NCBI RefSeq assembly: GCF_000374805.1
Contig: NZ_KB895335.1
Location: 244,046 to 308,045 of the forward strand
Direction: 5' to 3'
Length of the DNA: 64,000 bases
From: Chitiniphilus shinanonensis DSM 23277
GTDB lineage: Bacteria; Pseudomonadota; Gammaproteobacteria; Burkholderiales; Chitinibacteraceae
The notes under the pieces were generated by a model. The model was not told where the DNA came from. It worked only from the letters and a program-made list of their open reading frames with translations, and did not search any database. Both the position numbers and the translations under genes were made by a program. The stretch's first letter is position 1. Every line of letters starts with the position of its first letter. Shown piece by piece: positions 17,188-26,812 of this stretch.

Positions 17188-18329
17188 GTCGGCAATGCTT
17201 CCTGCTCGGTCGGCGCGGGGCTGGCGCCGCAACCGGCGCAGCCGCCGCTGCCCAGCCCCAGCACCTTGTCGCGCCACCATTGGCTGTTCACCGGCCCCAG
17301 CGCCACGGTGTCGAATTCCTGGATGCGGCGGCGGATCGGCACGCTGGCGCGCCAGATGGCGCTGAAGCGCGGACCGTCCGGGTCGTCCAGTTCGAAATAC
17401 AGGGTATCGACCACCGGCGACGGCTCCTCGACGCTGTAGTCGGTGCGCAGCACGCGCAGCTTCAGGCCGTCCAGCCGGGGCAGCACGAAGCGCACGTCGT
17501 CGCGATCGGGCAGCATGTTGCGCAACACCACCGGTTCGCCGCCGCGCGGGTAGTCCATCTGCTGGTCGAGCGGCGCGCACTGGTTGAAGCGCTCGTCGAA
17601 ATCGGCCGGCAGCAGCGGGAACACTTCCTCCTGCCACTGCGCGTCGTAGGTGCCGGCGTAATCCCGGCGCGGCAGCCAATGGCGGCCGACGGCCGAGCAG
17701 GCGACCGGCTCGTAGGGGCCGCCCGGCTTGCGGATCGGCTGCTCCAGCGATTCCAGGCTGGGCGCGGGCGCGCCGTCCAGTTGCTTGAGCGTGTGCTTGC
17801 CGGCCCAACCCAGGCCGACCGGATTGCTCAGCAGCGCCTCGGTCAGCACCTGCTTCTTGTCGCCCTTGCCGGTTTCGTATTCGCGCGTGCCGCCGTAGGC
17901 GAGGCCGTAGTGCAGCGGCTGGCGGGTGAACGGCTCGGGCCGGCTCAGGCCCAGCCGCCCCAGGCGCTTGCGCCAGATGCGCGGGCCGAGCACGCGCAGG
18001 CCCTTCTTCAGCGGCCCCACCTGCCACACCACCGGCAGTTCGCGCACCGGCTGGCCGCCGGGACTGTGGGCGCTGGCGTCGAACAGCACGTCGCAGCGCG
18101 GCTTGTGGCGGACGAAATCGCTGCCGTAGAGCATGGCGCTGACGCCGGGCTCACCGACGTGCAGGTCCGCCGGCACCAGCGGCGACGGCGGCAGCGGCTG
18201 CGGGCGCTGTCCGGGCAGCGGCACGCGCCAGCTGGCCTTGGCGACGATCACCAGATGCTCGCGCCCGTGGAGGTCGAGCGCGGTGAAGGTGCTGGCCAGC
18301 AGATGCCGGGTGCCGACGATCACTTCCAT
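17184..18329 (-). CDS. DUF2169-domain T6SS accessory/adaptor protein.
   Basis: Sits between vgrG and the PAAR-like effector, the typical DUF2169 context. Motifs LHYGLAYGG and DFDERF. Confidence 0.7.
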   Translation of the reverse strand: MEVIVGTRHLLASTFTALDLHGREHLVIVAKASWRVPLPGQRPQPLPPSPLVPADLHVGEPGVSAMLYGSDFVRHKPRCDVLFDASAHSPGGQPVRELPVVWQVGPLKKGLRVLGPRIWRKRLGRLGLSRPEPFTRQPLHYGLAYGGTREYETGKGDKKQVLTEALLSNPVGLGWAGKHTLKQLDGAPAPSLESLEQPIRKPGGPYEPVACSAVGRHWLPRRDYAGTYDAQWQEEVFPLLPADFDERFNQCAPLDQQMDYPRGGEPVVLRNMLPDRDDVRFVLPRLDGLKLRVLRTDYSVEEPSPVVDTLYFELDDPDGPRFSAIWRASVPIRRRIQEFDTVALGPVNSQWWRDKVLGLGSGGCAGCGASPAPTEQEALPT

Positions 18330-18425
18330 GACGATCCCCCGAACCAGAGTAGTCCTGCCCGGTGGGACGGCAACGGCGATCCGGCAAGAAAGTGGAGGCT
18401 GGAAAAACGCACGGCCGGCGATTGC

Positions 18426-18971
18426 TCAGTTGAGGTTGACCGAGCCGCCCAGGATGCGCTGCGTGGCGCTGGCGTGGCTGGTGATGTAGGTGCCGCGCAG
18501 GGTGATGCGGCCGTCGGCGGTCATCACGATGGCGGCGTCGCCGCAGCGCAGTTCGATTTCCCGGGCGGCGTGCAGCGCGACGCGCTCGCCGTCCACCCAC
18601 AGGTCGAGGCCGTCGGCGGCGGCGGGCGCCGGGGCCGGCGTGGCCGGCGCGCCCAGCATCAGGCCCAGCACGATGGGGCGGCGCGGATCGTTGCTTTCGA
18701 ACCCCAGCGCCAGTTCGCAACCGATCTGTTCCGCGCCGAGGGCGACCATGCTGCGCGCGCCGACCGACGTCAGGCGCAGCGCGGGCACATGGACCAGCGG
18801 CAGCCCGGCCGCGTCGAAGCCGGCCAGTTGGCCGACGGCGATGCCGGTGGCCGTAGCGGGCAGCGTGGCGGTCTGTTCGAGCACCGAGTCGAGCAGGTCG
18901 GCGGACGCGGCGTCGGCTGCCGCGCCCGTATCCGGCTGAGTCGCGGCGGAAGTCCTGGCGGGCGCATTCAT
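18426..18971 (-). CDS. Hypothetical protein immediately downstream of vgrG (PA0096-like position).
   Basis: Starts 1 nt after the vgrG stop. Protein-like composition, whereas the overlapping frames are P/R/A-rich. Confidence 0.5.
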   Translation of the reverse strand: MNAPARTSAATQPDTGAAADAASADLLDSVLEQTATLPATATGIAVGQLAGFDAAGLPLVHVPALRLTSVGARSMVALGAEQIGCELALGFESNDPRRPIVLGLMLGAPATPAPAPAAADGLDLWVDGERVALHAAREIELRCGDAAIVMTADGRITLRGTYITSHASATQRILGGSVNLN

Positions 18972-18972
18972 C

Positions 18973-21222
18973 TCAGTTCTCCAGGATCTTCTTGGCCTTG
19001 AGGGTGATGTTGCCGTCGGCCTTGAGGATCTGGTCGTCGCTGGTGCCCAGGGTGAAGGTATGACCGTTGAGGATGATGGTGCCGTCGGATTTCATGGTGA
19101 AGCTCGACTTGCCCACCTTCACGGTGAATTCGTCGCCGGCGTTGATGGTGAAGCTCTTGCCCACCACCACGTGCTTGCTCAAGCCGACCTCTTCCGCCTG
19201 GACCAGCGCCACGGTGGTGTTCATCGCCGCGCCCACCGAAGTCTGGTAGGCGCCGCCGATGGTCAGCGCCTTGGCCAGGCCGATGGTCTCGGCCTTGGCC
19301 ATGGCGACGGTCTCGACCTTGTTGCCGCCGACGGTCACCGAGCGATTGCTGCCGATCTGCACGGTCTCGTTGGCGCCCACCGTTTCGGTGCGGTTCACGC
19401 CGATGACGATGGTCTCGTTCTGGCCCACGTCCTCGCTGCGGTTCTGCCCGATGCTGATGGTTTCGTTCACGTCCACCCGCTCGCTGCGGCAGTTATGCAC
19501 GGTGATGGTTTCGTTGTTGTCCACCGTCTCGGTGCGGTCGTGCTTCACCTGCACCGTTTCGTCGTTGTCCACGGTCTTGCTGCGGTTATGGCCGACCCAG
19601 TGGCTTTCGTCGTTCTCCACTTCGATGCGCTGGTCCTTCTCGGCGTGCAGCCACAGTTCTTCCTGGCCCTTCTTGTCCTCGAAGCGGATGGCGTTGGCGT
19701 TCTCGTAGGCGCCGCCGGGGCTGGAGCGGCTGAGCAGGCCGCTCTGCGTCTTGTTGGCCGGCAGATCCCACGGCGGCATGGTGGCGGCGTTGGGCACCAT
19801 GGCGGTGATCAGCGGCCGATCGGGGTTGCCGTCCAGGAACTGCACCACCACTTCGCTGCCGATGCGCGGCACCGAGACGCTGCCGAAGTTGGGGCCGCTC
19901 CAGCTGGTGGCGACGCGGATCCACGCGGACGACTTCTCGTCGTAGGCGCCTTCGCGGTCCCAGTGGAACTGCACCCGCACCCGGCCGTATTCGTCGCAGT
20001 GGATCTCCTCGCCGGGCGGGCCGACCACCAGCGCGGTCTGCAGGCCGTAGATGCGCGGCATGCTGCTGTTGAAGCCGCGCCCCGGCAGCCAGGGCACGGT
20101 CTTGCGCTGGCAGGCGAACTGGCCGCGATACAGCGCCGGCTGTTGGCCCGCCATCAGATAGTTGTTGTCGACGGTGTGGCGCACTTCGGTGACCAGGAAC
20201 TCGCGGCTCTGCGGGTCGCCTCCCAGCGCCGACGCGTCGTAGGCGCCGCCGAGGGTGAAGCTGCGGCCAGCCTGTACCTGGCGATGGTTGCCGCCGCCGG
20301 CGAAGTGCTTGCCGGTGGATTCGATCTCTTCCATCCGCTGCCGCGCCAGCCGCTCGCCGTCGCCGGGATGCTTGAAACCGTAGGCGCCGGCGTATTCGTA
20401 GACCTCGATCTCCGGCACCTCGCCCTGCCGGTTCAAGGTGTTGTCCAGCACCTGCTGCGGCTTGGGGTTCTTGAAATCGAAGCTGACCGAGGCGACCTTG
20501 CCGGACACGATCTGCCGCACCTGCGAAAACTGGTCGATGCCGTCCCGATCCAGCCCGTGCGCCTCGTCGGACCAGCTCAGCACGCTGTCGCCATCCACCG
20601 GCGGCGCCTGGGTGGAGTCGTCCGCCACGATCAGCCGGTGGCCGTCGGCGGCGTGCTCGTACCAGTAGAACCAGCCCTGGGCCTCCCAGCGGCGGTGCAG
20701 GTAGTTGTAGTCGGATTCGTCGAACTGGCAGGCGTCGGTCATCGCCGGGTCGGCGCCGTTGACGCGGCTTTCCCAATCCAGGACGGCGGGGTAGTCGGCG
20801 AACACCTGTTCGGTCTGCTCGCGCAGCGTCTTGCCGTGGAACAGGTAGTTGTCGTGGCGCAGCCGCAGGAACGCCAGCCAGGGCAGCAGCAGCATGTCGT
20901 AGACCGCGTAGCCGCCTTCGTTGCGCACGTAACGGAACTCGAACACGTAGCCGTTGAAGTAACGGGTGGTGCCGTCCTCGCGCACCAGCTGCAAGGACAC
21001 CATCTTGCCCATCACGTCCTTGAGCGCGATGCCCGGATCGTCGGACAGCACTTCCACCACGTAGCGGAAATCGCGCGACAGCCCTTCGTCCGCATCCAGG
21101 CGATTGGGAATCAGCGTGGCGGCCGGACCATCGTCCTTGGGAAATTCGAGCGTGAGCAGGCGGTTGTGCTGGGCTTCCAGCAGCCCTTGGAGCAGCTGCG
21201 CGGCGTTGAGGGCGTCGAACAT
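18973..21222 (-). CDS. vgrG: Type VI secretion spike protein VgrG.
   Basis: Typical VgrG N-terminus (MFDALNAAQLLQGLLEAQHNRLLTLEFPKDD...YFNGYVFEF) and gp5-like C-terminal beta-helix repeats (VGQNETIVIGVNRTETVGANETVQIGSNRSVTVG). Confidence 0.9.
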   Translation of the reverse strand: MFDALNAAQLLQGLLEAQHNRLLTLEFPKDDGPAATLIPNRLDADEGLSRDFRYVVEVLSDDPGIALKDVMGKMVSLQLVREDGTTRYFNGYVFEFRYVRNEGGYAVYDMLLLPWLAFLRLRHDNYLFHGKTLREQTEQVFADYPAVLDWESRVNGADPAMTDACQFDESDYNYLHRRWEAQGWFYWYEHAADGHRLIVADDSTQAPPVDGDSVLSWSDEAHGLDRDGIDQFSQVRQIVSGKVASVSFDFKNPKPQQVLDNTLNRQGEVPEIEVYEYAGAYGFKHPGDGERLARQRMEEIESTGKHFAGGGNHRQVQAGRSFTLGGAYDASALGGDPQSREFLVTEVRHTVDNNYLMAGQQPALYRGQFACQRKTVPWLPGRGFNSSMPRIYGLQTALVVGPPGEEIHCDEYGRVRVQFHWDREGAYDEKSSAWIRVATSWSGPNFGSVSVPRIGSEVVVQFLDGNPDRPLITAMVPNAATMPPWDLPANKTQSGLLSRSSPGGAYENANAIRFEDKKGQEELWLHAEKDQRIEVENDESHWVGHNRSKTVDNDETVQVKHDRTETVDNNETITVHNCRSERVDVNETISIGQNRSEDVGQNETIVIGVNRTETVGANETVQIGSNRSVTVGGNKVETVAMAKAETIGLAKALTIGGAYQTSVGAAMNTTVALVQAEEVGLSKHVVVGKSFTINAGDEFTVKVGKSSFTMKSDGTIILNGHTFTLGTSDDQILKADGNITLKAKKILEN

Positions 21223-22104
21223 GGGCGTCCTGCTGGAGGAAACGGAGATAAAGGGATGTGGAACGGCCGCACGGCTGATCTTATTCAGGAATCACTGATT
21301 GCTGATATTTATCGTCAGCCAGCCAGATGCTATCAGGCTGTTCTTTAGGTGAACAACCGGCCTGCCGCGCCAGCGGTGGAAATCCTGCGATTAATGGCCC
21401 ACGACCCGCATTTGCGCGCTGTCGCCCCGCCGTGGCTGGCGTTCCCATCACATTGCCTGCCCCGGAATACCGCCGCATCCGATGATGATGGCATGAATCA
21501 TGGTTCTTACCCCAACCTGAATAGGTGCCGCACCATGTTGCATGGCGCATTTTTCGATGCCGCCGAACAGGCCACTTTGTCAACGTGCAGCCCAGCACAT
21601 CAGGCCCGTCGCGCATCCAGCCTGAAACGAAAACATTACAAACAAAGAAAAAATAAAGCAGTCGAGTGCCGCTCGATCGATCGTGCGGTACACATCCCAG
21701 GTTATCGCCAACGCGGCAAATGAAAGCGCTTGCTGCAATGCAGCACGTTTCGGGCTACGCCTTCGCCTTATCCGATGGTCGGCCCGCCGCCCGTGGCAAC
21801 CTTCCCGCCCTCCTGAAATTTTCTTGTTTTCATTCATCGACTTATTTCCAAATCAGCCCGAAATCGCTTGGCGGCCACGCGCTCAACGGATGACTTCTGT
21901 CGACTTGCCTTCGCTGCACTTGCACAATTCATTAGGTCCACGCAGACTTGCCTTGGTGAAAACAAAAGGTTTTCAAAAGTTACAAGTAAGTTAATTCAAC
22001 AAAGCAAAGGATTGGCGACGGTCGGGCCGGCAGGATCTGAATGGTCCGGGCGACGTTGCATCGGTAGACGAGCGCGGCGGCATGCCGCGCGCAAAGGGCG
22101 GGCA

Positions 22105-22452
22105 ATGATTCTGCACATGGTGCTGTTCAAGTTCAAAAGCGGTTTCTCGTGGCAATCCCCCATCGCGCTGGACGCGGAGGCCAAGAGCAAGGGCCATCCG
22201 GCGCACATCAAGGAAATCCTGGCGTGGTTGACCGGCAGGGATATCTCGCGCCGCGAGGTGGCGGCCGACTTCACCATCGCCGGCCTGTTCAAGGATCAGG
22301 CGGCGCTGCAAAGCTATCTGGTCGATGCCGACCATATGGAAGGCGTGGTGCTGTGGCGCGAGATCGCCACCTGGCAGGTGATCGACATCGATCTGGATGC
22401 GCGCACCACCACCCACCTGGGCATCCACGAACTGTTGAGCGTCGGGGATTGA
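22105..22452 (+). CDS. Dabb-type stress-responsive alpha/beta-barrel protein (115 aa).
   Basis: MILHMVLFKFKSG... Real ATG at 22105 inside ORF 21868..22452; the stop lies 5 nt before the next gene. Confidence 0.6.
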   Translation: MILHMVLFKFKSGFSWQSPIALDAEAKSKGHPAHIKEILAWLTGRDISRREVAADFTIAGLFKDQAALQSYLVDADHMEGVVLWREIATWQVIDIDLDARTTTHLGIHELLSVGD

Positions 22453-22457
22453 CGGGC

Positions 22458-23387
22458 ATGCGCGACAAAAACAAGGGCGTGCTGTTCATCTGCGTCGCCG
22501 CGTTCTTCTGGAGCACGTCATTCTCGGTGACCAAGCTGCTGCTGGCCACGGTGCCGCCGCTGACCATCGGCGCGATCCGCTTCTCGCTGGCGGCGCTGAT
22601 CCTCTATGCCCTGATGCGCTGGCGCAACGGGCCGGCGCGGCGGAGCCAGGACATCAGGCGGTCGCTGGCGGCGGGGTTCGTCGGCATCTTCGTCTACTTC
22701 GCGCTGGAGAACGTGGGCGTGCAGTTCGCCACCGCCAGCGACGCCACGCTGATCATCGCCTCGTACCCGGTGATCACGCTGATCGGCGAGGTGTTGTTCC
22801 GCGGCAAGAAGGCGGGCGTGGCCGAGGTGGGCGGGATGATCCTGGCCTGCGTCGGCGTCTACCTGATCGCGGCGCACGGCGGCCAGTCGGCGTCGGCGCT
22901 GCGCAACTGGGGCGTGCTGATCCTGCTGCTGGGCGGCGTGGTGTGGGCCGCCTACAACCTGCTGATCAGCAGCACCGCCACCCGGCTGGACCCGCTCAGC
23001 GCCACCTGCTACCAGACCATCGCCGGCGCCCTCGCCTTCGCGCTGGCCTGCCCGATCGAGGCGCATGCCTGGCGGGCGCCCGGCGCGCTCGACGTGGGCC
23101 TGCTGCTCTACCTGTGCCTGTCGTGCTCGATCCTGGCCTTCCTGCTCTACAACGCCGGGGTCAAGTACGTGTCGTCGTCCACCGCCGTCAACATCCTCAA
23201 CCTGGTGCCGCTGTTCGGCATGGTGATCGCGGTGGCGGTGCTGGGCGAACGGCCGTCGCCGATCCAGATCCTGGGCGGCCTGATCGTGGTGGCGGGCGTG
23301 TACATCGTCAGCGCCATGGACGACAAGGCGAACCGCCCCCTCGAACATCAACAACTCGCTCGCCAATCAAGTGGAGGTTTGGAATGA
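22458..23387 (+). CDS. DMT-superfamily (EamA-like) transporter with two EamA repeats and 10 TM segments.
   Basis: MRDKNKGVLFICVAAFFWSTSFSVTKLL... Real start at 22458 inside ORF 22149..23387. Confidence 0.8.
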   Translation: MRDKNKGVLFICVAAFFWSTSFSVTKLLLATVPPLTIGAIRFSLAALILYALMRWRNGPARRSQDIRRSLAAGFVGIFVYFALENVGVQFATASDATLIIASYPVITLIGEVLFRGKKAGVAEVGGMILACVGVYLIAAHGGQSASALRNWGVLILLLGGVVWAAYNLLISSTATRLDPLSATCYQTIAGALAFALACPIEAHAWRAPGALDVGLLLYLCLSCSILAFLLYNAGVKYVSSSTAVNILNLVPLFGMVIAVAVLGERPSPIQILGGLIVVAGVYIVSAMDDKANRPLEHQQLARQSSGGLE

Positions 23388-23806
23388 AATACGACGCCGC
23401 CGAGCACAAGTGCGCCATCATCGTCGACGGCGAACTGCCGGTCGGGCTGGCCGCCAACGCGGTCAGCGTGATCGGCATCAGCTTCGGCCGGGAGATCGAG
23501 GGCATCGTCGGCCCCGATCGCTACAGCAAGGACGAGATCCGCTACCCCGGCGTGATCTATTCGCCGCTGCCGGTGCTGTCCGCCGATGCCCAATCCATTT
23601 CGGCCATCCACCAGAAGTGCCTGGAAGAGCCCGGCGTCTACCTGATGCCGTTCAGCGACCTGGCGCAGTCCTGCAAGACCTACGACGAATACACCGAGAA
23701 GTTATCCAACACCGACAACGAGCGGCTGAAGCTGGTGGCGCTGGGGCTGGTCGGCCCCCGCAAGCTGATCAACAAGCTGACCGGCAATCTGGTGCTCTTC
23801 AGATAG
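23384..23806 (+). CDS. DUF2000-family small protein (140 aa).
   Basis: MKYDAAEHKCAIIVDGELPVGLAANAVSVIGISFG. GGAGG RBS, and ATGA overlap with the transporter stop. Confidence 0.6.
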   Translation: MKYDAAEHKCAIIVDGELPVGLAANAVSVIGISFGREIEGIVGPDRYSKDEIRYPGVIYSPLPVLSADAQSISAIHQKCLEEPGVYLMPFSDLAQSCKTYDEYTEKLSNTDNERLKLVALGLVGPRKLINKLTGNLVLFR

Positions 23807-23814
23807 GAACCGAC

Positions 23815-25221
23815 ATGTACGCCATCTTCAAGGAAGACGCGCTCAACCTGGCGCGCGCGGTCTACACCGAACACGCCCAGTTCGAGCAGCAGGCACTGTC
23901 CGAAGCCGACCTGCGCGCCAGCCGCGAGCGCCGGCTGGAGCAGGTGCTGCAACACGTGTGCGAGCACTCCGCCTTCTATCGCCAGCACCTGGGCGGACAG
24001 GTGCTGGCGGCCAGCGCGCAGGGCCGGCGCGTCGGCATCGAACAGCTGCCGTTCACCACCAAGGATCACCTGCGCGAGCGCGGCTGGGACATGGTGTCCG
24101 CGCCGCTGGGCAAGGCGTGGGTGTACTACGAGACCACCGGCACCACCGGCAAGGCCACGCCATGCCCGCGCAGCGAGATCGATTCGATCTACAACAACAC
24201 GCCGCTGATCCTGCGCTACCGGCAGATCCTGAAGCAGCACGGCGCCGAGCACATCGTCGGCGTGATGGGGCCGACCGAGGTGCACTCCACCGGCGACACC
24301 TTCGAAGACGTGATGCGCAGCCTGGATTTCCCGGTGGTGAAGATGTGGCCGCGCTCGCCGGTGATCGGCAACCAGCGCGCGGCGACGCTGATCGAAGACC
24401 TGAAGATCACCGCGCTGGTGTGCACCCCGGCGGTGGCGATCTCACTGGCCAAGCACTTCCTGGCGCAGGGCAAGGATCCGAAGCACACCAGCGTGCGGGT
24501 GCTGTTCACACTGGGCGAGCTGAGCACGCCGCAGCTGCTGCGCAACCTGGGCTCGGTGTGGGGCGCCGAGGTCTACAACTGCATGTACGCCTCGCAGGAG
24601 GCGTCGATCATGGCGGTGGCCCGGCCGGACCACCAGCTCTACACCGTGCCGCTCAACAACCTGTACGAGCTGCTCGACCCCGACACCGGCACCCCCATCG
24701 ACGTGGCCAGCCACGACGAGGAATACACCGGCGAGCTGACCATCACCCATCTCTATCCCGGCCAGAAGCCGCTGGTGCGTTATCGCACCGGCGACATGAT
24801 GCGGGTGCGGCGCCAGCCCGATCACACCTGGCAGGTGACACCGATCGGCCGGGTGCGCGATCGCCTGATCCTGAATGGCCGCAACGTCTGCGCCTACGAC
24901 ATCGAGGCCGCGCTGCTGGAACACCTGGACGGCTGCCTCGATTATCAGATCGCCATCGAGCAGCACGACGGCACCGACCGCATCGCCGTGGTGGTGGCCA
25001 ACCACGCCCCGGGCAACCTGGTGCTGGATACCGAGCGCGCCGCGCGCCACATGCTGGATGCGCTGGGAGTGCCGGTGCGCATCGAGGTCGGCGAGACCGA
25101 CGCGATCACCGGCACCTCGGCGATGGTCAGCTGGAAGGCGGCGCGGGTGCACGACCGGCGCGTGGCCGACGACCACGAACGCCAGGCCGCGCTGAAGAGC
25201 TTTGCCAACCGGGGAGCCTGA
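23815..25221 (+). CDS. Phenylacetate-CoA ligase (PaaK)-like adenylate-forming enzyme.
   Basis: YYETTGTTGKATP P-loop-like motif and PaaK-like architecture. ATG at 23815 with AGGAA RBS, inside ORF 23371..25221. Confidence 0.8.
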   Translation: MYAIFKEDALNLARAVYTEHAQFEQQALSEADLRASRERRLEQVLQHVCEHSAFYRQHLGGQVLAASAQGRRVGIEQLPFTTKDHLRERGWDMVSAPLGKAWVYYETTGTTGKATPCPRSEIDSIYNNTPLILRYRQILKQHGAEHIVGVMGPTEVHSTGDTFEDVMRSLDFPVVKMWPRSPVIGNQRAATLIEDLKITALVCTPAVAISLAKHFLAQGKDPKHTSVRVLFTLGELSTPQLLRNLGSVWGAEVYNCMYASQEASIMAVARPDHQLYTVPLNNLYELLDPDTGTPIDVASHDEEYTGELTITHLYPGQKPLVRYRTGDMMRVRRQPDHTWQVTPIGRVRDRLILNGRNVCAYDIEAALLEHLDGCLDYQIAIEQHDGTDRIAVVVANHAPGNLVLDTERAARHMLDALGVPVRIEVGETDAITGTSAMVSWKAARVHDRRVADDHERQAALKSFANRGA

Positions 25222-25222
25222 G

Positions 25223-26170
25223 ATGAGCGCCACCACCACCGCGCCGCGCCACTACGGCTGGGTCCACCTCGACGGCGAGCTGCGCCCGGCCGGCGACGCC
25301 AGCCTGCCGCTGACCACCCAGGCCTTCAACTACGGCACCGGCGTGTTCGAGGGCATCCGCGCCTATCGCACCCACGCCGGCGCGCTGGCCGTGTTCCGGC
25401 TCGACGACCACCTGCGGCGGCTGCAAGCCTCGGCACGCCTGCTGAAGATCGATTCGCTGCCCGACCTGCCCGCGCTGCGCGACGCGGTGCTGGCGGTGCT
25501 GCGCCGCAACGAGTGCAACGAGGACTGCTACATCCGGCCGCTGGCGTTCAAGAAAGCCCTGCTGCCGGGTGCCGGCTTCGGCGTGAAGCTGCACGGCGTC
25601 AGCGACGGTTTCGCCATCAACTGCCTGCCGATGCCCAGCCCGCCCGTCATCGGCGCGCTGCGCTGCTGCGTACCGGCGTGGCGACGGGTGCCCGACTACT
25701 GCATCCCGGCGCGCGCCAAGGTCACCGGGCTGTACGCCAACTCCGCCCTGGCGATGGAGGCCGCGCACAGCGCCGGCTGCGACGACGCGATCCTGCTCAA
25801 CGTGCTGGGCAACGTCGCCGAGGCGACCACCACCAACGTCTTCATCCGCAAGGGCCGGCGCCTGCTCACCCCGCCATCCACCGCGCACATCCTGGAAGGC
25901 ATCACCCGCGACACCGTGCGCCGCCTGGCCGCCGAGCACACCGATCTGGTCATCGAGGAACGCGACATCGCGCTGACCGACCTGTACGGCGCCGACGAGT
26001 GCTTCCTGACCGGCACCGGGCGCGAGATCGCCGCCGTGGTGGCCATCGACGGCTACCAGATCGGCGACGGCCAGCCCGGCCCGACCGCCAGCGCGCTGTT
26101 CGAGCAATACCGGGCCGCGGTGCGCGGCGGCCTCGATCGCCATTCCGACTGGATCACCCCGGTCTACTGA
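25223..26170 (+). CDS. Class IV PLP aminotransferase (branched-chain / D-amino-acid aminotransferase family).
   Basis: YGTGVFEGIRAY, ...EATTTNVF...LTGTG motifs. Start 25223 is 2 nt after the ligase stop. Confidence 0.8.
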   Translation: MSATTTAPRHYGWVHLDGELRPAGDASLPLTTQAFNYGTGVFEGIRAYRTHAGALAVFRLDDHLRRLQASARLLKIDSLPDLPALRDAVLAVLRRNECNEDCYIRPLAFKKALLPGAGFGVKLHGVSDGFAINCLPMPSPPVIGALRCCVPAWRRVPDYCIPARAKVTGLYANSALAMEAAHSAGCDDAILLNVLGNVAEATTTNVFIRKGRRLLTPPSTAHILEGITRDTVRRLAAEHTDLVIEERDIALTDLYGADECFLTGTGREIAAVVAIDGYQIGDGQPGPTASALFEQYRAAVRGGLDRHSDWITPVY

Positions 26171-26185
26171 CATGGAGCTTGTCCT

Positions 26186-26812
26186 ATGCAGAACATAAAT
26201 CTGGCCCATGTCGGGTCGGCCAATGTCTTCACGCTGGGGCCGCAGGGCACCAGCAGCGAAGCCGCCGCCAGACACCTGATCGGCCACATGCAGCAATACT
26301 CGCTGTGCGACGAAGGCTCGGTCTGGCTGAGCGAATCCTACGAAGGCGCCCGCGACCAGTTGCTGGCCGCCAGCGACGGCCTGCTGCTGGTGGCCAACGC
26401 CTACGCCCACGTCAACGATTTCTACATGGACAACCGGCTCAACCTGGCGGCGGCCTTCGTCTTCGACACCCCCTTGTACGGCATCGCCAGCAAGAAGGAA
26501 GCCGCCCTGCCCAGCGACCTGGTGATCGCCACCCACCCGGCCCCGACGCCGCTGATCTACCAGCTGCTGCCGGAGGGCTTCGGCATCAAGGAGATCGTCA
26601 ACCGGCTGTCGACTAGCGCCTCGGCGCTGGCCGTGGTCAACGACGAAGTGCATGCCGCGCTGACCACCGCCAAGGCGGCCGATGCCTACGGGCTGAACTT
26701 CATCTCCGCCACCCGGCCGATCCGCATGCTGTGGTCGGTGTTCACCCGTGGCACCGGCCCGCGCCTCGGCCTGCGCGCCAACGACGCGCAACACCTGGCG
26801 GTGGCGCTGTAA
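26186..26812 (+). CDS. Prephenate-dehydratase (PDT)-domain-like protein lacking an ACT regulatory domain.
   Basis: VFTLGPQGTSSEAAA resembles the PDT N-terminal GP.GT.SE motif. 208 aa. Confidence 0.55.
   Translation: MQNINLAHVGSANVFTLGPQGTSSEAAARHLIGHMQQYSLCDEGSVWLSESYEGARDQLLAASDGLLLVANAYAHVNDFYMDNRLNLAAAFVFDTPLYGIASKKEAALPSDLVIATHPAPTPLIYQLLPEGFGIKEIVNRLSTSASALAVVNDEVHAALTTAKAADAYGLNFISATRPIRMLWSVFTRGTGPRLGLRANDAQHLAVAL

Noticed and set aside
16084-18027. N-terminal 280 aa of the 647-aa ORF, and similar N-terminal extensions of ORFs 14462..16201, 11107..12405, 29791..31173, 54863..56485, 22149..23387 and 23371..25221
   Set aside because: Arg/Ala/Gly/Pro-rich low-complexity sequence typical of off-frame translation in 67% GC DNA. 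Internal ATGs with ATGA overlaps or SD sequences give the real starts.
21281-21994. Small ORFs (21281..21616 on the minus strand, 21349..21723 on the plus strand, 21580..21837 on the minus strand, 21683..21994 on the plus strand) in the vgrG upstream region
   Set aside because: They are mutually overlapping and lack RBS or conserved motifs. The region is better interpreted as regulatory non-coding DNA.
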